64,000 nt of DNA from a phage. Position 1 is the first letter of the stretch, and the number at the start of each line of letters is the position of its first letter. The notes beneath the pieces were generated by a model. The model was not told where the DNA came from and made no database searches. It saw only the letters and a program-made list of their open reading frames with translations. A program made the position numbers and the translations under genes. Positions 55,711-63,884 of this stretch are shown here, in pieces. The stretch is from the sequence record PZ445443.1; one strand, given 5' to 3'.

Positions 55711-55758
55711 GTACTACATAGCGCGGGAATACTTCCCGCCATTAATGAGGATAATTTA

Positions 55759-55896
55759 ATGAAAACTTTCAACGCAACAGTCTCGACAATTGGTTATATT
55801 ATTACAGTACAAGCCGTGGATCTGGTAGCAGCAGCAAACAAGATTAAAAAGATGATTCCGCCAGGCAGTGAATTTTCCGTTTGGAAAGTAAAATAA
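55759..55896 (+). CDS. early small protein (45 aa, below ORF-track cutoff)
   Basis: ATG 55759 with GAGGA upstream; MKTFNATVSTIGYIITVQAVDLVAAANKIKKMIPPGSEFSVWKVK. Confidence 0.4.
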   Translation: MKTFNATVSTIGYIITVQAVDLVAAANKIKKMIPPGSEFSVWKVK

Positions 55897-55899
55897 ATC

Positions 55900-55927
55900 T
55901 TGACAATAGTTTATTACTTGATAGACT
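55900..55927 (+). promoter_or_regulatory. sigma70-like promoter
   Basis: TTGACA (55900-55905), 16-nt spacer, TAGACT. Confidence 0.5.
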
Positions 55928-56094
55928 GTATTTCGTAGGGCGGGGCAATAAGGCAACGCCCATTAATGATGGTAGAATCATGTTAGATAAAATTTTCACG
56001 GTTGTAGTAGTTGGCCTGGCATTATAGGTTGGAGTGGTTGCAACTATGGCTAACATGATCCTATCTTCCCATGGTATCGGTTAAGGTGAATCAA

Positions 56095-56310
56095 ATGATC
56101 ACGAATAAGACAGGTAAAACGGAATTCTTGCGCGGCTTGCAGATCGGCAAGCCAGAGATCTGGTATTGCACTAAAACACCACGTGACGAAATGAAAGACT
56201 TCACCGCCACGCTGCAACGGGTAAAGATATCCATCACGCAGAAAAAGGCCTTGATAGTGGTGGAAGGTGAGATCCCTCAAACCGTTGTTATAGTTGAGCG
56301 TACAGCATAG
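56095..56310 (+). CDS. early small protein (71 aa)
   Basis: ATG 56095 with AAGGTG upstream (track start 56071 lacks RBS). Confidence 0.45.
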   Translation: MITNKTGKTEFLRGLQIGKPEIWYCTKTPRDEMKDFTATLQRVKISITQKKALIVVEGEIPQTVVIVERTA

Positions 56311-56401
56311 TTTAATTTATAGCGATACCTGAAAATTAACCAATAAATCATAAACAGGCGGTTACCGCCGCCTTAAACGTAGCAGAAAGAGGCTAGACAC
56401 A

Positions 56402-56686
56402 ATGAAAAAGATGATCGCAGTAGTTGCCCTGGTTGTTGGACTTAATGCACCTGTAATGGCTAAAGAGCTGGCAAAAGAGGTTAATCTAACGGATATCCAT
56501 GCCGTCAATCAAATCGGGGTTACTTATCGCTTATGCCTTGCCGCTAAAACTTTTAATGACGGTACAACAGAGTACTACGGATTCGAAGGTATCCGGTGCG
56601 GTGAGCTTGCTCGCGACCTTAAGGAAGATCCAGACCTGGAAGATCTGCCCATCACCGTAAACGGTAAAGCTTACGTAAACCGTTAA
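56402..56686 (+). CDS. early secreted/periplasmic protein (94 aa) with cleavable signal peptide
   Basis: MKKMIAVVALVVGLNAPVMA-KE signal peptide without lipobox Cys; RBS AAGAGG. Confidence 0.6.
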   Translation: MKKMIAVVALVVGLNAPVMAKELAKEVNLTDIHAVNQIGVTYRLCLAAKTFNDGTTEYYGFEGIRCGELARDLKEDPDLEDLPITVNGKAYVNR

Positions 56687-56688
56687 CC

Positions 56689-56823
56689 ATGAGAAAGATA
56701 ATCATCACCTTGGGGATTGTGGCGGGATCGCTGGCGCTCTTTCCCCTTATGGTTAGGTATGTGCTGATCAGTATTGTCCTGGTAGTCAGTGATCTATTGG
56801 AAACGGTTGGCACCTTGTTTTAA
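56689..56823 (+). CDS. small hydrophobic protein (44 aa, below ORF-track cutoff)
   Basis: ATG 56689 2 nt after upstream stop (coupling); MRKIIITLGIVAGSLALFPLMVRYVLISIVLVVSDLLETVGTLF. Confidence 0.35.
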   Translation: MRKIIITLGIVAGSLALFPLMVRYVLISIVLVVSDLLETVGTLF

Positions 56824-56835
56824 AGAGCGGTAAAA

Positions 56836-57027
56836 ATGAATATCGAACAAGTTAGAAAAGTATTAGCGGTACTGCGTTATCATAATCATAGAAAGGTCAT
56901 AGACGATCCTGATTATGTTGATTCAAGCCTGGAAGGGGATACACTACAAGCTATAAGTAACATGCAAGAATTGCTAAAGCGCATGACAGAGAAAAACCGA
57001 CCGGACTACATAGGCGAAAAAATATAA
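56836..57027 (+). CDS. early small protein (63 aa)
   Basis: ORF track. Confidence 0.5.
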   Translation: MNIEQVRKVLAVLRYHNHRKVIDDPDYVDSSLEGDTLQAISNMQELLKRMTEKNRPDYIGEKI

Positions 57028-57043
57028 TATTTATAAACTACAA

Positions 57044-57080
57044 AACAGGGCTTGCAATGGTCCTGTTTTTTGTTATACTT
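57044..57080 (+). terminator. putative terminator
   Basis: ACAGG...CCTGT stem followed by TTTTTTGTT. Confidence 0.45.
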
Positions 57081-57155
57081 GTTTCACGGCAGGCACCTGG
57101 CGACGGGTGGAGACAATCACCGGGCCTGCCTGTCATATAAGAACTATAAAAACCG

Positions 57156-57184
57156 TTGACATCTGCCATGGGGTGGGGTAACAT
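57156..57184 (+). promoter_or_regulatory. sigma70-like promoter
   Basis: TTGACA (57156-57161), 17-nt spacer, TAACAT. Confidence 0.5.
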
Positions 57185-57238
57185 TTATCTTGAAGGGGCA
57201 AAAGTGCCCACACAACAACCAGGAGAGAGGAAAACACT

Positions 57239-57511
57239 ATGTCAAGCTGGATTAATCAAGAAGTCGAATCACGTTTTAATGCTATTTGGGATCTCATCGA
57301 AAAAGAGGACGGAACATCAAGCCCCTACCTCAACAATTTGGAATTCCATTTTGTGGAAGCGATGAACGCAGAACATGATCACGAAGGTGGCGCGGATGAG
57401 TTCGCTAAAGGTTATGGCTTTAACAATGCCAACGAAATGATCGAGGCGGTAGTACTCCAGGCTGAGGAAGATTATCAATTAAAAACGCTTGAATTCTGCC
57501 GCCATAAGTAA
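57239..57511 (+). CDS. early protein (90 aa)
   Basis: ORF track; RBS GGAGAGAGG. Confidence 0.55.
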   Translation: MSSWINQEVESRFNAIWDLIEKEDGTSSPYLNNLEFHFVEAMNAEHDHEGGADEFAKGYGFNNANEMIEAVVLQAEEDYQLKTLEFCRHK

Positions 57512-57571
57512 TAAGATAATGACACGGGCCAAAAGGCCCACTAATCAGAACCGCACAAAGAGGTAAACATC

Positions 57572-57835
57572 ATGAAACGTCTTGACCAGCTCAAACTAGT
57601 TCAATATATGGCTTATCGTGTTCTTGAAGTCCAGAAAGGTAGCAAAAAAGAGGTTTGCGAGAAAGCTTATAAGATCTTTACCCGCAAAAAAGATGACTGG
57701 ATGCTACGCCAGACCAAAAAAGCCGATATACTGGGGTACCTGGAAGAAGAGATCCGCCTTGAAGAACAAGAAGAGATCCGCCGTAGTGAGGCAGATTATC
57801 AGGCAGCTTGGGAAAACTGGATGAGCAACAAATAA
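57572..57835 (+). CDS. early basic protein (87 aa)
   Basis: ORF track; RBS AAGAGG. Confidence 0.5.
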   Translation: MKRLDQLKLVQYMAYRVLEVQKGSKKEVCEKAYKIFTRKKDDWMLRQTKKADILGYLEEEIRLEEQEEIRRSEADYQAAWENWMSNK

Positions 57836-57902
57836 TACAACAAGTTACATGGTCAGGGGGGCAATAAAGCCCCTTGATCGCATGAAAATTATGCTATCTC
57901 TG

Positions 57903-57931
57903 GTTGACAGGGATCGGCAGTTTTGCTATAT
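57903..57931 (+). promoter_or_regulatory. sigma70-type promoter
   Basis: TTGACA (57903-57908), 17-nt spacer, TATATT (57926-57931). Confidence 0.55.
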
Positions 57932-57981
57932 TCTTTTTTAAAGGGAAGTTGTAAGAAAATTAACTAAGAGGTAAAAACACC

Positions 57982-58401
57982 ATGAATATTAAATCTGATA
58001 ATCCGGCATATAGCTTTGATAACGCTTTTTGTCACGGTCCGGCGGCGAAAGGTTTTGAAATTGATGGTAAACTAGTTATTGTCAATGTTGACGGGGAAGA
58101 GGTTGCAGTGTATCCGGTGGCAGACGTTAAAAGCCGTTTACAATGCCGCATCGATGTTACCGCATATCAGCTTGATCCGGTCCGCGTAGTCTCCCTGGTC
58201 CTGGAGGAAGAAATCAAAGCAATGCACCACAGCAATAAGTTTATCGGTGACGCGCAAGATAATATGAAGGTATGCCGCTATAAAGTTAATGAAGTGCTTA
58301 AAGAATATGGATTTAAGGATCTGATGATCAAACGTGATGAAAAATTTCGTTATCGTAACGACCTGGCAAATCGAATCTATGAAATATACGAATCATTATA
58401 A
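57982..58401 (+). CDS. early protein (139 aa)
   Basis: ORF track; RBS AAGAGG. Confidence 0.55.
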   Translation: MNIKSDNPAYSFDNAFCHGPAAKGFEIDGKLVIVNVDGEEVAVYPVADVKSRLQCRIDVTAYQLDPVRVVSLVLEEEIKAMHHSNKFIGDAQDNMKVCRYKVNEVLKEYGFKDLMIKRDEKFRYRNDLANRIYEIYESL

Positions 58402-58420
58402 TTTTTTAACTGAATTATCA

Positions 58421-58445
58421 AGGGGCTTAGGCCCCTTTCTTTTTG
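58421..58445 (+). terminator. rho-independent terminator closing the early cluster
   Basis: AGGGGC-ttag-GCCCCT followed by TTCTTTTT. Confidence 0.65.
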
Positions 58446-59039
58446 TCTGCTCTTCCCCTACCATAAACGGCCATACATGGCAAGTGGAATAATTGACGAG
58501 CCATCAATCCCACACACTGTACAAATATACATGTAAAATAACTATTGCATAACTTTTCATTGTGTGGTAGCAGGGCCATTTTTACACGTTTTTCCTTCCA
58601 AAATTGCACGTAATGCAGCATTTGCACAAAATTTAACCTGATGCATATCTTCAATAGCTTGTCAACAACTAAAAATCTTTATAAGTCATACACTTACATA
58701 ACTACAAAAGCGTTTTCTACGTGAAAAATCGAGTATAACTATAGCCGCCAGACCTCAGAATTTACGTACGCTCGACATTCTATAGCCTGCTAAGCATTTA
58801 TTCCAACCATAGAATAACGGAATAGTCAATACCTGCATAAAATAATTATTCGTGTAAACTGCATAACATAAATCGGCCCAGGTGTCAACATTTTTCGTAA
58901 ACAGTCCGAAATTATCACTATGAGTTATCATAAACAGGGAAATCTTTAGTCGTCTAATGTTTACTGTACATTACTATACTGACTGGAATCATTAGATGAC
59001 TAAGAGAAAGATAAGAAATAATTAACAATACAATTATTT

Positions 59040-59345
59040 TATCTGTAACAATAAGGCAACTATGCAAACGAATGGCATGGCGCGACGGAGTCGCGACATA
59101 ATATAAAAGCAGTAACCATCACCCCCGTGATAGTTTGTCTGCAAACTATTAATCAGATCATAGTTGCCTTGTATTTAGTTAATCATGACATAACAAGCAA
59201 GGCAACTATAGATCTGCTAATAGTTGCCCTGCTTTTATATTATGTCATAGAAACACCCGAAGGGGTGACCAAAGGTCACCTGGCATGGCCAGTGAAAGAT
59301 TATTAACTTGCTAATAGTTATCATGCAAACGAATGGCATGGCTGA
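59040..59345. repeat. palindrome-rich segment bounded by a 20-bp direct repeat
   Basis: ATGCAAACGAATGGCATGGC at 59062-59081 and 59323-59342; palindromes CGCGACggaGTCGCG, GATAGTTTGtctgCAAACTATT, GGCAACTAT...ATAGTTGCC, GGTGACCaaaGGTCACC; long-range inverted repeat GACATAATATAAAAGCAG / CTGCTTTTATATTATGTC. Confidence 0.45.
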
Positions 59346-59350
59346 TTATC

Positions 59351-59490
59351 GGTGTGTAAACAGTCAATCATGTAAATGGTTAGCATGTGAACAATCAGGA
59401 ATGTAAACAATCCAGTGTGTAAACTAATAGGTGTGTAAAAGTGTCATGTTGTGTCAGTTAGGTCACATTATGTCATATTGTGTCAGACAA
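59351..59490. repeat. iteron-like array of TGTAAAC / TGTCA(G/T) short repeats
   Basis: GTGTGTAAACAG, CATGTAAATGG, CATGTGAACAA, AATGTAAACAA, GTGTGTAAACTA, GTGTGTAAAAG at ~16-bp spacing, then TGTCAT/TGTCAG repeats. Confidence 0.45.
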
Positions 59491-60012
59491 GTTTTTCTCC
59501 TCTTTGTCAAGTGCTGCATGAAAAATTTACAATCTGGTATGGTAGCATTTTTGCGGCCCTGTTTACATTCAGGGGTGTATGTATAATCCTTGTTGTGTGG
59601 GCGTTTAGACGTCTGGACGGTCAGAAGTCTGCAGGTTAATATCTAATCTATTGGCTGCTAACTATATCCCACACAAATAGTAAGAAATATGATTGTTATA
59701 TGCGTAAACTGTAACTCATGTTATCAATCCCTGTATGTATCGCCAGTGGTGCGCATAATGGGTATTATGTTAAATTGCCCGTAATGATAAAGGTTCTCAC
59801 AATGATAGGTATTCTCATTCACCCCCACAAAATAGATTGCAAATGTTGTGCCACTGTGTGAACGGCCTAGCCTATTAATTTGCCTCACTGCCTCGATATT
59901 TGAGAATTGTTATAAGAATGAGAAGTATTCCCATTTCGTCCGCCTGGCAGCACTCCTGTAGGTCAGGTCAAAATCGTGGTAGAACTGGACCTGTTCAGAT
60001 ATTTCTGGCTGA

Positions 60013-61202
60013 CTCTTCAGGTCTGTGTGGGAAAAGCCAACCTCTCCGGCGGGGCAGGGGATAGGTCAATTAAAAAATTTACGTGGTGTATGAAGCGCTC
60101 TTCAGGTAAGGCAGGTATTATGGGATGAAACCCTCTTCAGGCAATGATATTTGTGGGTGTGATATTTGCTGGAAAGCCAGATATGACGGGACTCCCGGCG
60201 GGGCAGGGGTGGTACAGACAGGGAAAATATGAAGGATGTGGTTGGGTAGATTGATCAGACAGGTAGAGTATGGAATATGTTACAAGTATGTTAAATATGG
60301 AGGTTGAATATCTGTAGGATTTGTGTGTAAAATCAAAGACTTAAGTGGTGTTGTGGTATTTTCTATAAATAATTCAAGTTTAATAGGTGATATTTGTCTC
60401 TATCCGCTTTGTGTGGTAAACAGATTCAGATGAGATTGGTTTACAAGTGTATACATAATATACAAATTAAAGATACAAGAAACCCCCCTCCCCCTTCGGC
60501 TACCATTCACCTTTTCCTCTGACTGGTACTTAAACACTTATTCAGACTCTTCAGGTTATCACCTATATATCATATGGCAGTGACTGGTGTCCTCCGGCCC
60601 CTCTTTCGTCACCCGTCCGCTTCGCCATGCTAATGCCATAGCCAATGGTTCGGTTGTTCACCCTGTTCACTCAGGTGTATCTCCATACCCCTTCAAACCG
60701 AAGAGAACAGAAAACCCGAATTACTCGGTAAAAGAAAAGAGAAGAACTTAATTTTATCAGGATAGGCAAGAATGTCAAGGCATGACTGCTCACTAAACAA
60801 GCAAACAGTCATGTGTGGGAGGTAAGTGATTGTGGTGGTAGGAAATTTAGTTGAAAGATGTGTTATAGGTGCTTCCAGCACTTTAGCCGGGCAGCTAATT
60901 GTGTGTCAGTCCAGCGGTTCATCCTCTACTTCACTGAAATCAATGTTCATGGTCTCCTCCCAACCATCGATCTCAGCACAAGAGTGGAGTTCTTTAGGGT
61001 TTACTCCCAAAGCCTCAGCAACAGAGTCTATATTTAACACCTCTGGCAGGTATGATTCATCAAATTCAAGGTAAATCAGGCCACGAGTGTTGTCAGCCCC
61101 ACCAAATATTTCTATCTTCATGAAATCTCCTCTGGAAATGAGAGTGTGAACAGGGTTTTATGCGTTCCAATACGCTGGAATTATACACGTTTGCCTCTTC
61201 AG
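60013..61202. repeat. dispersed CTCTTCAGG 9-mers (5 copies) and two copies of CTC(C)CGGCGGGGCAGGGG
   Basis: CTCTTCAGG at 60013, 60098, 60133, 60547, 61194; CCGGCGGGGCAGGGG at 60046-60060 and 60195-60209. Confidence 0.4.
60906..61121 (-). CDS. hypothetical acidic small protein (71 aa)
   Basis: ORF track; ATG 61121 with GAGGAG 6 nt upstream. Confidence 0.5.
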   Translation of the reverse strand: MKIEIFGGADNTRGLIYLEFDESYLPEVLNIDSVAEALGVNPKELHSCAEIDGWEETMNIDFSEVEDEPLD

Positions 61203-61242
61203 GCCATGCTTTAGCATGAGGAACCTGTGTGGGCTCGGTGCT

Positions 61243-61656
61243 TCATAGTCTACCACCTCTGAACTCTTCGTGCTCAGGCATAATAGAGAACCAGATATCT
61301 ACGATGTCTCCCCACGTTAGGTCATCAGCCTCAGGATCTACCTGGAGCGAAGATGGAGAATCTTCAGAATCGAAGTTTTCCTCTTTCACTGGCTCAGCCA
61401 AGGGACATATAGCCACTCCTTTGGATGTCTCTTCAGATGCATGTGTGTTTATCATGTTCCACCCGTGAGTATTCCGGCAACAGCCACTATGGACGTAATG
61501 ATCATCAGAATCACCACCAAAACCTCTGACAATGTTTTCATTGTGTATCCCATATTCTCCAAACGATGTGTGGATACTATCACTGGAGCGACAATGTGTC
61601 AACAGAAACGCCGCGAGGGTTTGGTTAAAATCCGAGCGTATGGTGATTTGGGTCAA
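61243..61656 (-). CDS. hypothetical protein (137 aa); start uncertain
   Basis: ORF track; TTG start without clear RBS; competing + strand ORFs are Ser-rich and less plausible. Confidence 0.35.
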   Translation of the reverse strand: MTQITIRSDFNQTLAAFLLTHCRSSDSIHTSFGEYGIHNENIVRGFGGDSDDHYVHSGCCRNTHGWNMINTHASEETSKGVAICPLAEPVKEENFDSEDSPSSLQVDPEADDLTWGDIVDIWFSIMPEHEEFRGGRL

Positions 61657-61759
61657 AACGGACGTGCGTTCTCGCTACGCTCGAAATATAGAGTTGTTTG
61701 CAGGAAGCTCTTAAACGCTCTGTAATGAGATTAACTACCCAAGGTATGCAATCGTGCAC

Positions 61760-61790
61760 CAGATAAAGAAAAGGACGCCACAGAGCGTCC
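61760..61790 (-). terminator. rho-independent terminator (- strand)
   Basis: GGACGC-cacaga-GCGTCC with T-rich run on - strand. Confidence 0.5.
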
Positions 61791-61815
61791 TAGGTGTCTT
61801 AAATTTGATATTTTG

Positions 61816-62115
61816 CTATACCCACGAGGGCTTATCAAGATTGGAGTAGCTGAAAGGTGTCAAAAGGTGACTGTCAAAATCTCTCAAACTATCCAAATCT
61901 TTTTCCTCGTCCTGACACCATCTGTGCCTACATTTATTGTTGTAGTGCATGGAATGCATAGCGTTCTGCAACTTAACAGGCACAAGTGATTCAGGAGTAG
62001 ATAGTATTGTAGGGTATGCCAGAACCACCTCAAACAGTGGAAACACATCGAAACTAAAGTCTACCTCTGCAGAGGTTGATGGCATATAGGAGTATTTAGC
62101 CGCCTTTGTAGACAT
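61816..62115 (-). CDS. hypothetical protein (99 aa)
   Basis: ATG 62115 with GAGGTGG upstream (track start GTG 62127). Confidence 0.45.
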   Translation of the reverse strand: MSTKAAKYSYMPSTSAEVDFSFDVFPLFEVVLAYPTILSTPESLVPVKLQNAMHSMHYNNKCRHRWCQDEEKDLDSLRDFDSHLLTPFSYSNLDKPSWV

Positions 62116-62123
62116 AATCCACC

Positions 62124-62450
62124 TCACACAGGTTTGATAATACCTTCACCGAATAACTCTTCATATCTAATCTTATCCGGATCCCACTCCTGGATAATTT
62201 CGAAGACAATATCCAACCCAGGAATAATCACTTCTCCAGTGTCAAGTTTGGCAAGAACAAAACCAGAAGGCTGAATGGTTTCCCAGTTGCGACGATTGGA
62301 ATAGAAGACCTCGAAAATATCACCGACCTTGATCTGTTGATCAAGATGTTCAAGATTCTCTTTCATATAGACGCAGCGGATTTTTCGTGCAGGCCATAGA
62401 CCACCTGCATCACGTTCATTTAGCTCTTTCACAGTGATTGGCATTCTCAT
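62124..62450 (-). CDS. hypothetical protein (108 aa)
   Basis: ATG 62450; track start 62501 would put a perfect GC hairpin in codons 2-8. Confidence 0.45.
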   Translation of the reverse strand: MRMPITVKELNERDAGGLWPARKIRCVYMKENLEHLDQQIKVGDIFEVFYSNRRNWETIQPSGFVLAKLDTGEVIIPGLDIVFEIIQEWDPDKIRYEELFGEGIIKPV

Positions 62451-62475
62451 AGCTGGTTCCTTTTGCAAATAGTGA

Positions 62476-62500
62476 AAGAGGGGCCGTAGCCCCTCTGCCA
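62476..62500 (-). terminator. GC hairpin, putative terminator/attenuator (- strand)
   Basis: AGAGGGGC-cgta-GCCCCTCT just downstream of - strand gene 62503..62808. Confidence 0.4.
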
Positions 62501-62502
62501 TA

Positions 62503-62808
62503 TTATTCTACAGAGCGTTTGAACAGAATGTCTGCCTCAGACATGTGCTCAACCTCTTCTTCAATCTTAGCGCGACGTTTTTCAGCTTCGTAGCGGATAT
62601 CAAACTCTGTAGCCACCAAAGATTTGATGAATTTAGGAGAATACAGATGATCCTGCTTCTCAACAAGAATGATATCCTTGATGGCATCTTTCAAATCTTT
62701 AATCTGAAGCTGGAGTTCCACCAGTTCTTCAATTGTTTTGCGAAGGCGATCACGTTCTGCAGTGTCAGAAGGAAGAGAGGTGAACAGTTCAACTTTAGAT
62801 TTAGCCAT
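62503..62808 (-). CDS. hypothetical coiled-coil protein (101 aa)
   Basis: ORF track; ATG 62808 with AAGGAG upstream; charged heptad-like sequence. Confidence 0.55.
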   Translation of the reverse strand: MAKSKVELFTSLPSDTAERDRLRKTIEELVELQLQIKDLKDAIKDIILVEKQDHLYSPKFIKSLVATEFDIRYEAEKRRAKIEEEVEHMSEADILFKRSVE

Positions 62809-62836
62809 AGTAAGAGTCTCCTTATGTTGTTTTAAA

Positions 62837-63088
62837 TTAACGTTCTACAAAAATACCGTTCAGTTCAATAACCAGGAATTTCTGGTCTTCACTATCGTCT
62901 CGTGCCAACACCTCACAGACGTATCGGTCATCCCCATCATCATCGCAGTCAAATACAAGACTGAGGACTTTATCATGATAAACCTTCGCCACTATCGCCT
63001 CGTAAGTATTGCCGATTGTGAATCCAAGATAATCTCCAATGCATTTGACAACAACATGATCGCCAGCATTCAAGTCAATCTTCGTCAT
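62837..63088 (-). CDS. small paralog family protein (83 aa)
   Basis: ATG 63088 with AAGGGG upstream; GNTYEAIV...FDCDDDGDDRYVCEV matches the G-x-x-Y ... DDDGD ... C pattern of the + strand paralogs. Confidence 0.5.
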   Translation of the reverse strand: MTKIDLNAGDHVVVKCIGDYLGFTIGNTYEAIVAKVYHDKVLSLVFDCDDDGDDRYVCEVLARDDSEDQKFLVIELNGIFVER

Positions 63089-63243
63089 TACTGCGCCCCT
63101 TGGGTAATAATACTGTATGTAAAACTTTAACCAGAGATGTGAATAACGCCCCAAAACACACCGATAGCGCTAAAACAGACAAGGCCATCATTAAAGCTTC
63201 AGTAAAATCAGTCACCCCTCACCTCTTGTTAGTCACTATACTG

Positions 63244-63507
63244 TCATTTATCCTTGCCGTCAAGAACTTTTTTAAATCTTTCAGGGATATCGCCTGTTCT
63301 TAGATAGCTCATGACCTCACAAGGTTCCCACTTAAATTTCTTACAAAGCAGGGCGGCTGAGATTGTTTCATTGCGAAAAGAAAGGATATTAATATCCCAT
63401 TCTGAGAACCCCAACTTCCGAAGGGTAGCTACAGAAATCCTCACCGCAACCCAGCAGCAAAAACATGCAACAAACGCCACTGCTATAACCCACATCAGGA
63501 TGTTCAT
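63244..63507 (-). CDS. small membrane protein (87 aa)
   Basis: ATG 63507 with GAGGTG upstream; N-terminal hydrophobic helix WVIAVAFVACFCCWVAV. Confidence 0.5.
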   Translation of the reverse strand: MNILMWVIAVAFVACFCCWVAVRISVATLRKLGFSEWDINILSFRNETISAALLCKKFKWEPCEVMSYLRTGDIPERFKKVLDGKDK

Positions 63508-63596
63508 ACAAGCACCTCACTGAAATACAAGACACAGTGTTAAGGTTACTGACCAGCAAATAATTAACAGTGCCGTTGCAACCTTGGCAAGATTTA

Positions 63597-63884
63597 TCAT
63601 AGTGCCTCTAAGATTTCATATCCTTCGGGTCGGAATACAAGCCACTCCGTGGCTCCGTTTGGTCGATACGCTTTATACAGAACAACCTGATCTCGGCACA
63701 TGCACATAGCTACATAGTTTTCATCCACACCTGCAGCCTGCATTGCAGCTTCTTCTCCGGCAACTGCTTTGCTTACAACCTCCTTGGTAGGCAGGTGTGC
63801 GATCAGCTCGTCACCATCATTAATTCCAAAATGACTGAGTTCTCCATTGGTATCTTTAATCTTAATCTTAACCAGATCTTTCAT
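63597..63884 (-). CDS. hypothetical protein (95 aa)
   Basis: ATG 63884 with GGAGGA upstream. Confidence 0.5.
   Translation of the reverse strand: MKDLVKIKIKDTNGELSHFGINDGDELIAHLPTKEVVSKAVAGEEAAMQAAGVDENYVAMCMCRDQVVLYKAYRPNGATEWLVFRPEGYEILEAL

Noticed and set aside
59351-59490. CRISPR array
   Set aside because: Repeats are only ~7 bp with irregular short spacers and no conserved 25-40-bp repeat unit; fits iterons or binding sites, not CRISPR
59451-59639. 62-aa + strand ORF in the large non-coding region
   Set aside because: No RBS; embedded in repeat arrays; hydrophobic low-complexity translation; probably not coding
61229-61725. + strand ORFs 61229-61468 and 61441-61725
   Set aside because: Ser-rich, low-plausibility translations that overlap a - strand ORF in a - strand gene block; the - strand reading was preferred but is itself low-confidence
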